Shown here in pieces: positions 36,830 to 49,509 of a stretch of 64,000 nucleotides of DNA. The position numbers and the translations under genes are program-made. This DNA comes from Macrostomum lignano (lineage: Eukaryota). The stretch covers positions 9,758 through 73,757 of the forward strand of contig NIVC01003418.1 in the NCBI GenBank assembly GCA_002269645.1, written 5' to 3'. The notes beneath the pieces are model-generated. The model searched no databases. It was not told the DNA's origin and saw only the letters and a program-made list of their open reading frames with translations. The first letter of the stretch is position 1. The number at the start of each line of letters is the position of its first letter.

Positions 36830-38430
36830 AATGCTGTGATCAGCTTCGTCCGACACCATATTGGCTAAATAAAAGCTTTTGCAGTTCTTTCGTCGGTGTT
36901 TACAGTCGTAATCAGAAGTTGTTCAAACAATAAAGCCAATACGAACTTCTAGCAATAATTGGACAGAACTTTAATTCAGCAAGCTCTATTCTAGCCTGCT
37001 GATAGCAGTATGCCATTGGAGGTGTGTGAGCCTTTATGCCAGGCTCTCTGCCTATAGAACTTTCTGAAAAACCACCAGCTGCTTCCTGGCACTAAACCAC
37101 ATGTTTTCATGCTCATAAATTAATAGTCTGGAAAATAGTTGAGATTCAACGTGCGTCTAAAAGTGAGGTTCGAACTCATGAGAGTAACTTGATGGAGAAT
37201 GAGATACGGACTGTTAGCAGCGTTTAAACGTATGCTAAGAGTCTGCAATTTTAGATTATAACAAAAGCACTCTGTGTAGTTGAAACCAAACAGAAGGAAA
37301 AACCTAAAGTAGTTCCAATATTTGCTTTTCGACTCCAGACAAGCAGGCAGTCACCTGCGAGTCATGTATTTGACTAAAGAGAACTTGCAGTGTGATGGCA
37401 AATGTAACAGCTATTAAAACAATAGAGAGGCAGAGCTGTGCTCACAAACATTTTGCTTACAGAACGGCTGCAACAGCTATTTACCGTGACTGTTAATGCT
37501 TAGAGAAGCCAACTAGAGCAATCATACACAGAAGTCTCACTTAACATGCGAAACACGTACGTAATAAAATCAACTCGATCTATTTGAACAAAAGCTGAGT
37601 CTGTCATTCTTGGCAATCAATACTGTACGCAGCTGCTGCTGCATCTTTGTCTTCCCAAAACGGTTTCTTCCCAGCAGATGTTCACCGCAGTGCATGGATA
37701 AAATTAAGACTTTAGGTAGATTGCGAGTGAATATTTGTCGATGCCCTGAGCACCACCGAATGAAAAGGAAATAGCATTTAGTTTCTATAACCTAAATCGC
37801 AAAAAAATATTAGTAGGCTCGACTAAATACATGTACTCGTACTGTTGTACAAAGAGCGTACATCATAGCAATTAGTGAACCGATGACATCCATTCGCAAG
37901 ACAGAAACTTTGCCACTTAGTGAATGTGAATTGTCAATCTTCTAATCCATGCATTCGTTGTCAAATAGAGTATTCCAAAGCGTGATCCCGACACTGCCGA
38001 ATGTCTTTTACTCATTCCGCTGACTCCTAAGCGCGCACACGGACATGCGTAAGCACAGGCACAAACTCTCAGAGTGTGAATGGCAAGTTTTGACTTTCTT
38101 CACTAATATAAAATAATGATGTTCACAAAAGACGCGACTGTTAAATGATTTGGCCTTGCTACACCGCTGACACAGCAACCCAGCGACATCAATTTAGCCA
38201 ACAAGACTGAGGTTAATAGTAGACAGATTGTCATATTAAGAGTATATAGTAAAATTTTACACATAAATATTTGCGCCAGAAAGGCATTTTTACTCACCTT
38301 TAGCGTCTTAATGTAGCCCTATAAGTGTTGAAGAAACCAGCCACCTGCCAAGATTTGAATAATCAGACCGGACAGACGGATTCGGGTTCGAGAAAGAAGC
38401 CTCAATGGCTAGATGGACTTGAGCGTTAAT

Positions 38431-38619
38431 CCAATGAGAGCAGGGAGCGGAGCAGGCAGGGGTATAAGATCGGCTATTTAAGCTGCGCCCGACGCTGGCT
38501 GGATGCGTTTTAATTTACAGTTGAGGTCGCCAGAGTTGCGCCTTGAGCATTGGTAACGTTTGCACGGTAGTAAAGGAACATTACCCATAGAAACTATTTT
38601 CGAATTCGGAAAACAGCAG
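38431..38619 (+). promoter_or_regulatory. Putative promoter and 67-nt 5'-UTR intron of lectin G
   Basis: CCAAT at 38431, TATTTAA at 38475, GTAACG...GCAG at 38553-38619. All are conserved upstream of copy H. Confidence 0.55.
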
Positions 38620-38651
38620 AAGAGCATCCGATCTAGAATTTGCGAACATCA

Positions 38652-39383
38652 ATGATGCAGCCATTGTTGCTGCTGCTGCTCCTGCTGAGATGCCAGCTGC
38701 TGCAGTCGCAGGGCCTGCCGTGTCCCGCACCGTTCACCGTGCAGGCCGGTCTGTGCCTGTTCGTGAGCACAGCTCAAAGCCACAGCTGGTGCTCAGCCAA
38801 TCGGCAGTGCGCATCGATCGGAGGCGAGCTCGTCAACTGGCACAGCTCCATCCAGAAGTTTCTAAGGGGGGAAATCCCCATTGCCATTCGCACCTGCGAA
38901 CTGTGGGTCGGACTGAGCGACCTGGCCGATGAGAGAAACCGGAGCAGAGCCGGCTGGCAGAGGGTCAACGGAAACGGAATCTTCCCGGAGGACAGCAGCC
39001 TGTTTTACACCACTGATCCGAATGGTGGAGATACCAACAACTGTCTCCGACTGTTTCATGGTGTAACCCTGGCTGACTCGAACTGCAAAGCGAACTTCGG
39101 GTTCGCCTGCGAGTTCGCGGGCGATGCCCGACCGCCAACCGCCGGCGTCTGGACGGCCGCTGCCTTCAAGCGAGAGAGCTTCAACTCCGAGTACTGCTTC
39201 ACCGATGTGCCGAATGTGAGCAGCGATTTTGAGTGCGTTGCAGCCGCTATGATTGACGCCAGCTGCAGACACGTGCTGTACAACAGCAAGCTGAGAGCCT
39301 GCCGCCTGCTGCTGTTCACCGACGCTCAGGTGGAGGCGGAGATCGAGACGCGCGCCGACTGGGTCAAGTTCCGACTTGAGTGA
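38652..39383 (+). CDS. Secreted C-type lectin + PAN protein (copy G), 243 aa
   Basis: Intact ORF; CTL loop DPNGGDTNNC; PAN-like C-terminus. Confidence 0.87.
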   Translation: MMQPLLLLLLLLRCQLLQSQGLPCPAPFTVQAGLCLFVSTAQSHSWCSANRQCASIGGELVNWHSSIQKFLRGEIPIAIRTCELWVGLSDLADERNRSRAGWQRVNGNGIFPEDSSLFYTTDPNGGDTNNCLRLFHGVTLADSNCKANFGFACEFAGDARPPTAGVWTAAAFKRESFNSEYCFTDVPNVSSDFECVAAAMIDASCRHVLYNSKLRACRLLLFTDAQVEAEIETRADWVKFRLE

Positions 39384-39559
39384 AGACAGAAGCGCAGGAC
39401 CTTGAATTACCGACCCGAAACTGATGAGATTTTCTCTCGCCAATTAAAAATCAAATTCCATCTCAAAATACGATGGGTTCCATGCATCGCAAAAGAAATC
39501 CGAAGTCCTACGCATTCCTTTGAGTTACAAACAGATTTTGAATTTGAAATTACATGGGA

Positions 39560-39870
39560 AGCACAGTCGGTGGTCCAGGCGGTCCAGACTCGATTTCAAG
39601 TGCAGTGAATTAATTTGGGGGTTAAATTGGAGTCCCAGCTTGGCTCTGCTCGTGCAATTAACTCCCAGCTTGATGGCCAACCCCTAAGACACAGTGAAGT
39701 GTACATGCGTAACGATTAAGTTAGGGTCGCTATGCACTCCTGTGTGAGTGTGTGCCTGTGCGTATGACTGCGTACTGCTTGTGTGCCTGCTCAGGGGAGT
39801 CGGCGGAATGGGCAGTAATGCCTCTCGCCGGTTGTGTGACAATTTCGACTTAAGAGCCCCCTGCCTCTAA
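39560..39870 (+). mobile_element. SINE family B (degenerate head)
   Basis: Body matches 17660-17975. Confidence 0.8.
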
Positions 39871-40081
39871 AAAAAATAAACATAAAAAGCACAGTAATCT
39901 TATTGCTGCAAATGAGCAACATGCATGTAAAATGTAACTGATGACCCCTGCAATACTCTCAAGTTAAAATCTTTGCATAAAAAAGAAATTGAGACTTGCA
40001 ATTAAACAGTGGACATGTACTACTGCTGCATGTGAGTAATAAATATAGAGTAACAATGTATCTGATTAGACATGCAGTTAT

Positions 40082-41126
40082 CAGGGACGTCGCAACCGGG
40101 GGGGGGACAAAGGGGACATGTTCCCCCCAGTAAAAGCTATGGGGGGAGATGAAAATGCTTCGCACCCCATCCCACCTTGCGACCTGTTTTGGAAAGCAAT
40201 AATTTTGTTTCAGGCCGGCGCTAAAAGGAGTGGCTGCGGCGCTAAAAGGAGTGGCTGCGGCGCTAAAAGGAGTGGCTGCGGCGCTAAGAGGAGTGCCTGC
40301 GGCGCTAAAAGGAGTAGCTGCGGCGCTAAAAGGAGTGGCTGCGGCGCTAAAAGGAGTGCCTGCGGCGCTAAAAGGAGTGGCTGCGGCGCTAAAAGGAGTG
40401 GCTGCGGCGCTAAAAGGAGTGCCTGCGGCGCTAAAAGGAGTGCCTGCGGCGCTAAAAGGAGTGCCTGCGGCGCTAAAAGGAGTGCCTGCGGCGCTAAAAG
40501 GAGTGGCTGCGGCGCTAAAAGGAGTGGCTGCGGCGCTAAAAGGAGTGCCTGCGGCGCTAAAAGAAGTGCCTGCGGCGCTAAAAGGAGTGCCTGCGGCGCT
40601 AAAAGGAGTGCCTGCGGCGCTAAAAGGAGTGCCTGCGGCGCTAAAAGGAGTGCCTGCGGCGCTAAAATGAGTGCCTGCGGCGCTAAAAGGAGTGGCTGCG
40701 GCGCTAAAAGGAGTGCCTGCGGCGCTAAAAGGAGTGCCTGCGGCGCTAAAAGGAGTAGCTGCGGCGCTAAAAGGAGTGGCTGCGGCGCTAAAAGGAGTGC
40801 CTGCGGCGCTAAAAGAAGTGCCTGCGGCGCTAAAAGGAGTGCTGCGGCGCTAAAAGGAGTGGCTGCGGCGCTAAAAGGAGTGCCTGCGGCGCTAAAAGGA
40901 GTGGCTGCGGCGCTAAAAGGAGTGCCTGCGGCGCTAAAAGGAGTGCCTGCGGCGCTGCGGCGCTCAAAGGAGCGGCTGCGGCGCTAAAAGGAGTGCCTGC
41001 GGCGCTAAAAGGAGCGTGATAACACGATTCTTAAAATAATATAGATGTAGGAATTTAGTCATGTTACATGTAAAATACTCTGCTTTGTCCATTCCTCCCC
41101 CAAAAAAATCCATGGCGACGCCCCTG
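40082..41126 (+). mobile_element. hAT-type MITE with an internal 21-bp minisatellite (about 37 units, 40215-41010)
   Basis: TIRs CAGGGACGTCGCAA / TGGCGACGCCCCTG; degenerate 8-bp TSD GCAGTTAT / ACAGTTAA. Confidence 0.82.
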
Positions 41127-42277
41127 ACAGTTAATAAATGTACTAGCTATAATATTTCCCAGTCATTTATTATATATTTATTCACTTTTTTATTTACAGA
41201 CTTGTGTAAATTTATGTATCCCCCACTTGCCCCGGGCGAACGTCAATGGTCTCAGTGTAAATTTCATTTATTTCTCTAAATTTCGTTTGCAAAATTCTCA
41301 CTAGCATGGAGATCCAAACTTTCAAAATAGTACACGACCATGGAGAGTGGCATTATGGAGTATGGGATAATGACAGTTGACAGCGCTATGCAAATAGAAA
41401 ATATGAGGGAAGCCAGAGCGCTCTAAAACACGTCATGTAGTTGAAACCAATTGCAGCAGGTAAAGGTTGAAGTAGCTCAATATTTGCTTTTCGACTGAAC
41501 AATCTTAAGCTAGGAAACTGCCACTCACTGTACTCACAGGCGGTTGCTTACAAGACGCCTCAGAAAGCCAGTTAGCGGGGCTATTGATGGTAATAGAAGC
41601 CGGCTAGAGCAAAAATACCGAGAAGTGTCAGTCTTACAAGAAAACCAAAATATAGAACCAGCTTATTTGAAAAAGTGTTGAAATATCTCGGCAATTCAAA
41701 ACCGGTTGTGTTGAGTTGGATGAAGCGTACAAGGACTAAATTAGGACGCAATACTCGAAATCTATGAAAAATGTTTTGAAGGCCACTTTTCGCCGAAAAA
41801 TACACTCGCGGAGATAAGTAGTTTTCATTTCTTCAGCACAAAAATTGATATTTCTTTTGATAGGAGGCAGACCCAATGCTCATCTTTTGATATGCTGTGT
41901 CTTTCTTATTGCTCTATTGACTTTCATTAACCTCTACGCGACGAACCAAAAAATGCGTCACACCCTTTGCCGACGGCTGGCTGGCACGATTTCGTGCCAA
42001 GTGCATGAGTGTCAGAATTTCTACCCCCCGTTCCAGACGGCAGCTAGCTCCACAAGTACACCCGTATGTAGCAAACCCGCTAAACCAAAAGATAATTTGT
42101 CTATGGCTGGGGATCAAATGCTATGGCTGCATGTCTTGCTTCAGAAGGACCTGCTTCAGAAATACAGAAACAGTCTTATTATAAAATTGGATATTTTTAA
42201 CCTCTGTCTACCTCTGTCTGTCTTCATTTCGCTCCTGAGAATCATTACATGGCGTTAGACTTTGACGGAGACTCAGA

Positions 42278-44313
42278 GTGAGCTGGTTCACTGCTGATGA
42301 TGAGTCAATTGACGGATCCAAAGTTGAAAATCCCCATAGTGACCAAGAAGAAGGGCAGGATGAGTCACTTGTAGGAGAACAGTGGCATCTTTTTGAAGAT
42401 GGCGCTGATGCCAGGCCAGCACCTCTGCCTGAGTTCCTCGGAGTACCAGGAGTCAGGCCCGATATGCAGCTTCCTGAGATCGCCGACGGAAACGAGAGTG
42501 ACTTTATCAAGCTGTACGAGGGCTGAGCAATAAGTTTCAGATTTCAGAATCTGATTTTGTCAGATTTTGTCAGCCGCCTCTCAACTATGCACATCCGGAA
42601 ACTTATTGCTCAGCCCTCGCATTTGACGGACGGGTTGATGGAGAACATCAAGAACTGGACAAACGCAAAGGTTTGGAAGACCTATGAGGATAACTTTGAC
42701 GGTGGAACAGTCCCAAATTTTGTGCTGAACTGGAAGGACTGCACGGTTAATGAAGTAAGAAAATTGATCGGAATTGTTTTGCTGATGGGACTGGACAAGA
42801 AGCCTGAAATATCGAGCTATTGGTCGCAAGATCCGGCTTATCACTGTGCATTTCTTGCTGAGCCTTGTTCTCTTCCTAGAGACAGGTTCAAGCAGATCTT
42901 GTCCTGTTTTCGCTTTTACGATTGCACTGAGGCTCTGCACGGGGGTCCCTTGGCTAAGACGCAGCCTTTTCTGCAACAGGCTAAGCAGCTGTGCAGCAAC
43001 AACTACATGCCTCGTCAGCGGCTCTCGATTGACGAAAGTCTCGTGCTGTACAAGGGAAGACTGTTGTTCAAGCAGTACATCCCAACGAAGAGCAGTAAAT
43101 ACGGAATCAAGATGTACTGCCTTTGTGAGTCCGACATGACCTACCTGTGGAATTTTGAGTCCATACATCAACTGAAGCCAACCAATTGTTCGGTGATGGA
43201 CTGGGCTGTCAAAATTTGTCCATGAGTGAGAGAGTTGTGGCTGAGTTGTGCCGCAATTTGCTTTACCTAGGCTACCATATTTTCACAGACAGTTGGTTCA
43301 CTTCGCACAGACTTGCTACGTGGCTGCTGCAACGGAATGTTCTTCTCACTGGCACAGTGCGCAAAAACCGCGGCATCCCAAACCTGTTGCAGACTGTAAA
43401 TCTGCAGCCAACTTCTTCCGCCTTTGCACGCTCTGGAAACGTGCTTGTCTGCAAGTTTACTGACAGGAAACAGAGTGGCGTCAAGACTGTTTTCGTATTG
43501 GACACCGCTGGATCGGCCGAATGTAGGCAGGTTCAGCGCACTCGTCGTGGCGGCGGCGTTCAGATCGTCACCAAACCGACTAGCGTGCTCTCGTACTCTA
43601 ACAGCATGGGTGGCGTCGACCACATGGATTCCGCTCTACCAATCGGCCAATCGAAAAAGCATCCGGTGGTTCCACAAACTCGGGTTTCACCTGATCCTGC
43701 TGCTCATTCGCAACGCTTGGATTGTCTACCAACAGGCAGGTGGCAGCAAGACTTTTCTGCAGTTCTTGAGACAGGCTATTAAATATTGGTTGAGGATACC
43801 GGTGATGCTAGGCGACGTGGAGCCCGGCCTCGTAGAGTTGGTGTGGGTGCCGGAGCTGCGGCAGGTGCGGGTGCCGGAGCTGCAGCAGGTGCGGGTGCCG
43901 GAGCTGCAGCAGGTGCGGGCGCCGGAGCTGCGGCAGGTGCGGGTGCCGGAGCTGCAGCAGGTACGGGTGCCGGAGCGGCAGCAGGTGCGGATGCCGGAGC
44001 GGCAGCAGGTGCGGATGCCGGAGCGGCAGCAGGTGCGGATGCCGGAGCGGCAGCAGGTGCGGATGCCGGAGCGGCAGCAGGTGCGGATGCCGGAGCGGCA
44101 ACAGGTGCGGGTGCGGCAGTCGGTGTGGGCGTTCATTTGCCGACTAAGGCGCCAATACAAGGAGCTCAAAGCCGCCCACGCAAGCGCTGCCGGATGTGCT
44201 ATCAGCATGGCGTGGTGAAAAGAACAGTGACTGTTTGTGCCGCTTGTCGAGGAGTTCCTGCATTATGTTTGGGTGCTTGCTTTGCTTGCTGGCACATGGT
44301 TCATCCTAACTGA
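42278..44313 (+). pseudogene. piggyBac (PGBD4-like, DDE_Tnp_1_7) transposase pseudogene
   Basis: Catalytic motifs SIDESLV, IFTDSWFTS and GGVDHMD; KYGIKMYCLC; C-terminal Cys-rich domain CRMC...CAAC...LCLGACFACWH. Frameshifts near 43158, 43640 and 43790, plus a MITE insertion. Confidence 0.9.
42517..42619. mobile_element. 103-bp mariner-type MITE inserted in the piggyBac transposase
   Basis: TA|CGAGGGCTGAGCAATAAGT ... ACTTATTGCTCAGCCCTCG|CA. Removing it restores FIKLYLTDGLMENIKNWTN. Confidence 0.88.
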
Positions 44314-44949
44314 CATGGTGGGATGAGCGGCTTTTGTGTTGAAAAAAAACAATGAAGTTTTGGCGGCCCAATGCGCACTTCTATTTATTCATGATCTGAA
44401 TTCCCTTTTTCTGTCACCTATTCTACTGTGTTTTTCTGTTCGAATACACTTCAATTATACACAGCTCGTTCTATTTATTAATAGTCAAGACTTCCTATGA
44501 CTTCCTATAGTTCCTATAGTGTTATACTGTGTTATAGTGTTAGGCTTCCTATAGTGTTATACTATACTACGTATAAGATACAAATGTACTAACTACTTCA
44601 AATACTATTATTCGTTTTTAATATACGCAGGTGTGCATTTGGTCCTGGTCCTATTCTTGATCTGTGATGATTGCCATAGACAGGGCCACCTAACCTATAG
44701 GAAAATAAGCAGCTTTCCAACTAAAACGGACGTGGCACGTTTTTGAGCCATGTCAGTCGGCAACGGGGGTATTAAATTCTGCAATCTACGATTGCCCTAG
44801 ACACTAAGATTCGGTTCCGCCAATAACTATGATTACTTTATGGCACGAAATCGTGCCATCCGTCTTCTGCCGGTTAAAGCTTTTCGTTCAGAAACTTAGG
44901 GTTCTATGTTATTTTTTATTATATTTAATATTATTAAAATATTATTAAT

Positions 44950-47900
44950 CTCTCTTATATCGATCTAAAGCTGCGTGGATCGATCGATCGATCGACCGGT
45001 CGGGTTTAACGCGTATCTCCTAGACGGCTGGCAACTCAAATGCGAGACTTATATATATCAATGCAGAATTTTCCTACACAGCAAATAGGCTATTTTGATG
45101 TTGAATTTTTTTAAATAAAGTCTGTTAAAAAGCAGAAAACTGTCTTCTCAACCTTTGGCCATCCTGGCTCGGGTCGGCCGCGCGGCAAAGGAATTAAGCC
45201 ATCAAGAGGCTTATCAGGTCGGGTTGAGGCTGACTCAATGCGAACAATGGAGTTTAATCTCCCTGAATAAGCACTGGTTATTTCATTCATATTTCGCACA
45301 TTTTGAACTGTGTCTTCTCGCGCGGCAATTATTTATCTGTCTATTATCCCCTTACATGTATCTTGCATTTAATATTGTATTGCAAACGCGATATCTATTT
45401 TTAAGCACCTTTCTTTTGATCCCTTTCTTTCTTCAATTCTTCCGTTTCCCCCAATTTATTTCTCTTTTGGGATTTTCTTTCTTGGGACGCGTATTAGTTC
45501 AATATTTTTATACCTATTTGTGAGTAATTATTGTTTTTACTAACTTTGTGATGTGCTAGCTGCGATTTTGTACAAAACTGCGCTCATTTTTCTTCTTTGT
45601 TTTTGAGTTAATCTGCGATCAACTCAGAAATAGGGGGGCATATGATGAGGACGCACTTTTTCCCAAATCCCGCGCTAGCACATGGGCTCTAAACTTACTA
45701 GCCTACTAACAGCAGGCTATGGGCATCTTTATCCTTTTTCTGCGAATTTTCATAGTATCTATACTAGATATAATGTTTGGTCATACTAGTAGTCATAATA
45801 ACATAGGCAAAGCTTTTTGGGTCATAAATCATCGCTTTCGAAGCTGGTCTGACAGCCACCTGCGCCTCACTCAGTGTTGAGGCGGGTGCCAGATGGTCTG
45901 AGAGGATGCGGGCGGTAGCTTTTTCTCATCATTTTGACAGGCCATCAAGATTTATGAGGTCAGAGCCTATTGTTCGGGTTCACTCAAGCGTGTGACAGCT
46001 TTTACAGCTATGCGTTTTACCCCTAAAAGTACTTTCGGATTAGCGATTAGCGGTTTCTCTTCATTATCTTCACTTTCTATTTAATAAGAGCTTCCTAATG
46101 TATATTTTTTCATTAATTTCTGTTAATCCTACGCGAAAAGTCATAAATCATTTTGTTGCGATTTTGATTGATTTATGGCCGCACCTGTCATCTTTTTACG
46201 ACCCTGTGGGTTTTTTCTGCTCTTTTCTGCTCTGAACTGAAAATTTGCATCAATTTTGAGTGATTGCGCCACAACTTTCTCCTATCTTGCAAGTGCATTT
46301 TCTCTCCTGTGGGGGGATGGTTGTGTTCTCAGTGACTGCGTGTGTACGAGTACAATCTAACCCTATCTCACTGGCAGACTGTATAGACAATTGCGCAATG
46401 ATTTGGCTACTGTTAAGTCATTCTGTCTTTCAATAGGCAGTCCTGTGTATTGAGCAGGCAGTGAACGTACACTCGATATTTCAATTCTTTAAATCAGAAA
46501 GTTTCAAACGCTAACTGCTCTTCGAGTTTTAAACTTTAAGAGAAGATCGAGACTTGCTGGAAAGATCTTGCAACACTGAGTTCGGGGATATAAGTTGTTT
46601 GCTTTAAATATGAAAACAAAAAGCTGAGCATTCGAAATACGATTTCCATAGTTTTTACTTTTTGAAAGATTGTACTTATTTTTGCGATAGGTCAGAGATA
46701 AAGTTGGGGGGTTCAACTTCTACTTGCCACTGTGTATTAGAAGGGGGGCGGTCGCTGTGTATTGGAGGGTTGATTTAGATTGCGTAACCATTTTGTTCCT
46801 TTAACCGAGACTGATTCTGACTGACTGTGAAATCAGTTGCACAATAAATTGATTAAATTGGTTAAATCTTTTTATTGGCGCCTTTCAACACGCAGTTCTG
46901 TGCAGCTCTAACCCTAACCCTAACCACTGAATTCTGAGAGTTGAGTTCGTTTGACGGAGAAAATTTCGATTGAGTCCAGTTTCGCGGAGAGGATTTTGAT
47001 GGATTTGGATAAAAGTTGGATGATGGGATTCGGGTCGTGGGTCAGCTGATGGAGTTCAGGGAATGGAATTCCGGTGATGGGAATTCTTCCTCTTTCTCCT
47101 CCAGCGGAGGAGTTGGCCTCGTTATATCTAAAGCTGAGTGGACCGATCGATCGATGGACCGGTCGGGTTTAACGCGTATCTCCTCCTAGACGGCTGGCAA
47201 CTCAAATGCGAGACTTTTATATATCAATGCAGAATTTTCCTACACAACAAATAGGCTATTTTGATGGTGAAAATTTAAAAGTTAAGTCTGTTAAAAAAGC
47301 AGAAAACTGTTTTCTCAACCTTCTTTGGCTACTTTTTCTGCTCTGAACTGAAAATTTGCATCAATTTTGAGTGATTGCGCCACAACATTTTCCTATCTCG
47401 GCAGTGTATTTTCTCTTCAGTGGGGGGTGAGGGCGTTCTAAGTTGCTGCGTGTGTACACTTGGACCCTTGCTAACTGGCGGACAGTGAAATTCAATGCAT
47501 AAACTTGCGAGCCTCTCACTGTAGCAGGCAGTGAATGTACACTCAAAAATTCAATGCTTTAAACTGAAAAATTTCAAACACAAACCGTTCCTCGAGTTTT
47601 GAACTTTGAGAGGAGAGACTTATATTGCTGGAAAGATCTTTCAACGCTGAGTTCGGGGATGTAAGTTGTTTTCTTTAAATGTGAAAAGGAAAAGCACAGC
47701 ATTCGAAAAATTATTTCCATACTTTTAACTTTCTGCAAAGATTGTACTCAGTTTCGCGAGATGTAATAGATAAAGTTGGGGGAAGGGTTCAACTTCTTAC
47801 TGCCGCTGTGTATGGGAGGGTTGATTTAGATTGCGCAATCATTTTGTTAACTTTAACTGAGACTGATACTGGCTCACTGAGAAATCGGTTGCGCAATCAA

Positions 47901-48230
47901 TTAATTCAATTAATTCAATATTTTTATCGGCGTCTTTCAGCACGCAGCTCTGTGGAGCTCTAACCCTAACCCTAATCTAACCATAACCCTAACCAATGAA
48001 TCCTGAGAGTTGAGTTCTTTTTGATGGAGAAAATTTCGACTGATTCCTGTTTCCCGGAGAGCATTTCGATGGTGCTCAATTTCACGGAGAGGATTTTTTG
48101 TCTTCGGAGTTGGATGATGGGACTCGGGTCATGGAATTCGCTGATAGATTTCAGGGAATGGAATTCCGGTGATGGGAGTTCTTCCCCTTTCTCCTCCAGC
48201 GGAGGAGTTGGCCTCCGCTGGATGCAAGCG
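44950..48230. repeat. Diverged duplicated blocks of an unclassified repeat element
   Basis: 44950-45140 resembles 47125-47325, and 46215-47120 resembles 47330-48215. Includes short (CTAACC)n runs. Confidence 0.8.
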
Positions 48231-49187
48231 GTTTTAATATTATTATTAGCAGCGTCCTTATATACGTTGCTTTACTTGTCCTTGTGTTTAAGTTGTCTCC
48301 GCACATCTAAGTGTAGTGCTCTTAGTACTGAAGAGTCGCGAACGGAAGGACTGTGAAGTAAATTTTGTACAAGAATATTGCTCACTGCAGTAGTTACATG
48401 TTTAATATGGATCTTTAAATGAGTGAGTTCACGGGTGAGATCACGGCCTAGTAGTTAAGACCACAGCTGACAACGAGGAAGAAGTTAAAAACCGGTTTGA
48501 ACACTCGCATCACTTGGAGACACCTGGAGAAGTTTACACCACTCAACGCGGAGATGCGAGCTTCCGTGAAGCAAAATCGATGTTGCAATCATCCAGAAGA
48601 ATTGCAGCATTGTCGAAGGAGCCTGGAAGCCACGGGTTCACACCACTTGATTGTCTCAATTTGACAGCCGCGACCCTAACCCTGTCCCTTATCCTAAGCT
48701 CCTGGAAGTCACACGGACTTAGAGTTTTTCTAGTTTACAGAGGCTGCTTGAGGCAAAAGCGCTTCCAATTCTCAAATTCTCGTAATGGGTTAGCCGAAAT
48801 TTGGCAGCAGAAATTTCGCTAGTCAAAAACTTACGAGCTAAAAACTTGGGAATCGTAAGTTTTGGTAACGTCTTTGCGGATCGGAGAACTACGAGTACGA
48901 GTACCTAAAAAGTCTGTAAAATAAAAGAATAAAAATATAGTAAATAAATGGTATGTATCCCCCACTTGCCCCGGGCGAACGTCTATGGTATCAGTGTAAA
49001 TTTCATTTATTTGCATCGGTGCAAATAAACGGTTTATTTCACTGTGCAACTGCTCTTTCGATGACCGGGCCCGGGACTGGGTCGCCCCTTACTGCTTAGG
49101 GCAGAAATGAGCGAAACGGTAGAGGCGCCGATCCATATTATTATTATGGCATAACAGAGCCAGCAACTATAGCGGGCACGAAATGAC

Positions 49188-49452
49188 ATTTCGCGCCCGC
49201 TGCAGCTGTCTATGACAAAAACGCCTTCACTTCTATAGATTGACTTTATTTCGCGCCCGCTGCAGCTGTCTATGACAAAAACGCCTTCACTTCTATAGAT
49301 GACTTTATTTCGCGCCCGCTGCAGCTGTCTATGACAAAAACGCCTTCACTTCTATAGATTGACTTTATTTCGCGCCCGCTGCAGCTGTCTATGACAAAAA
49401 CGCCTTCACTTCTATAGATGACTTTATTTCGCGCTCGCTGTCGCTGTCTATG
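49188..49452. repeat. 58-59 bp tandem repeat, about 4.4 copies
   Basis: Unit ATTTCGCGCCCGCTGCAGCTGTCTATGACAAAAACGCCTTCACTTCTATAGATTGACTTT. Confidence 0.94.
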
Positions 49453-49509
49453 GTAAAAATTGCGTACTAAGGACCACTACTAATTCGATGCAGTAGTGGC
49501 CAATGGACA

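Larger units (their letters stand above)
41931..44873 (+). mobile_element. piggyBac-family DNA transposon, non-functional
   Basis: Subterminal inverted repeat TGGCACGATTTCGTGCCA at 41982-41999 and 44841-44858. Right end CGG|TTAA at 44874; left TTAA|CC at 41927 (left boundary approximate). Confidence 0.8.

Noticed and set aside
40118-40987. AALKGVP / CGAKRS repeat ORFs
   Set aside because: Lie inside a TIR- and TSD-bounded MITE; a second copy has a different, frame-broken array.
46905-47995. Telomere or chromosome-fusion site from TTAGGG/CCCTAA runs
   Set aside because: Only a few units, embedded in duplicated repeat elements.
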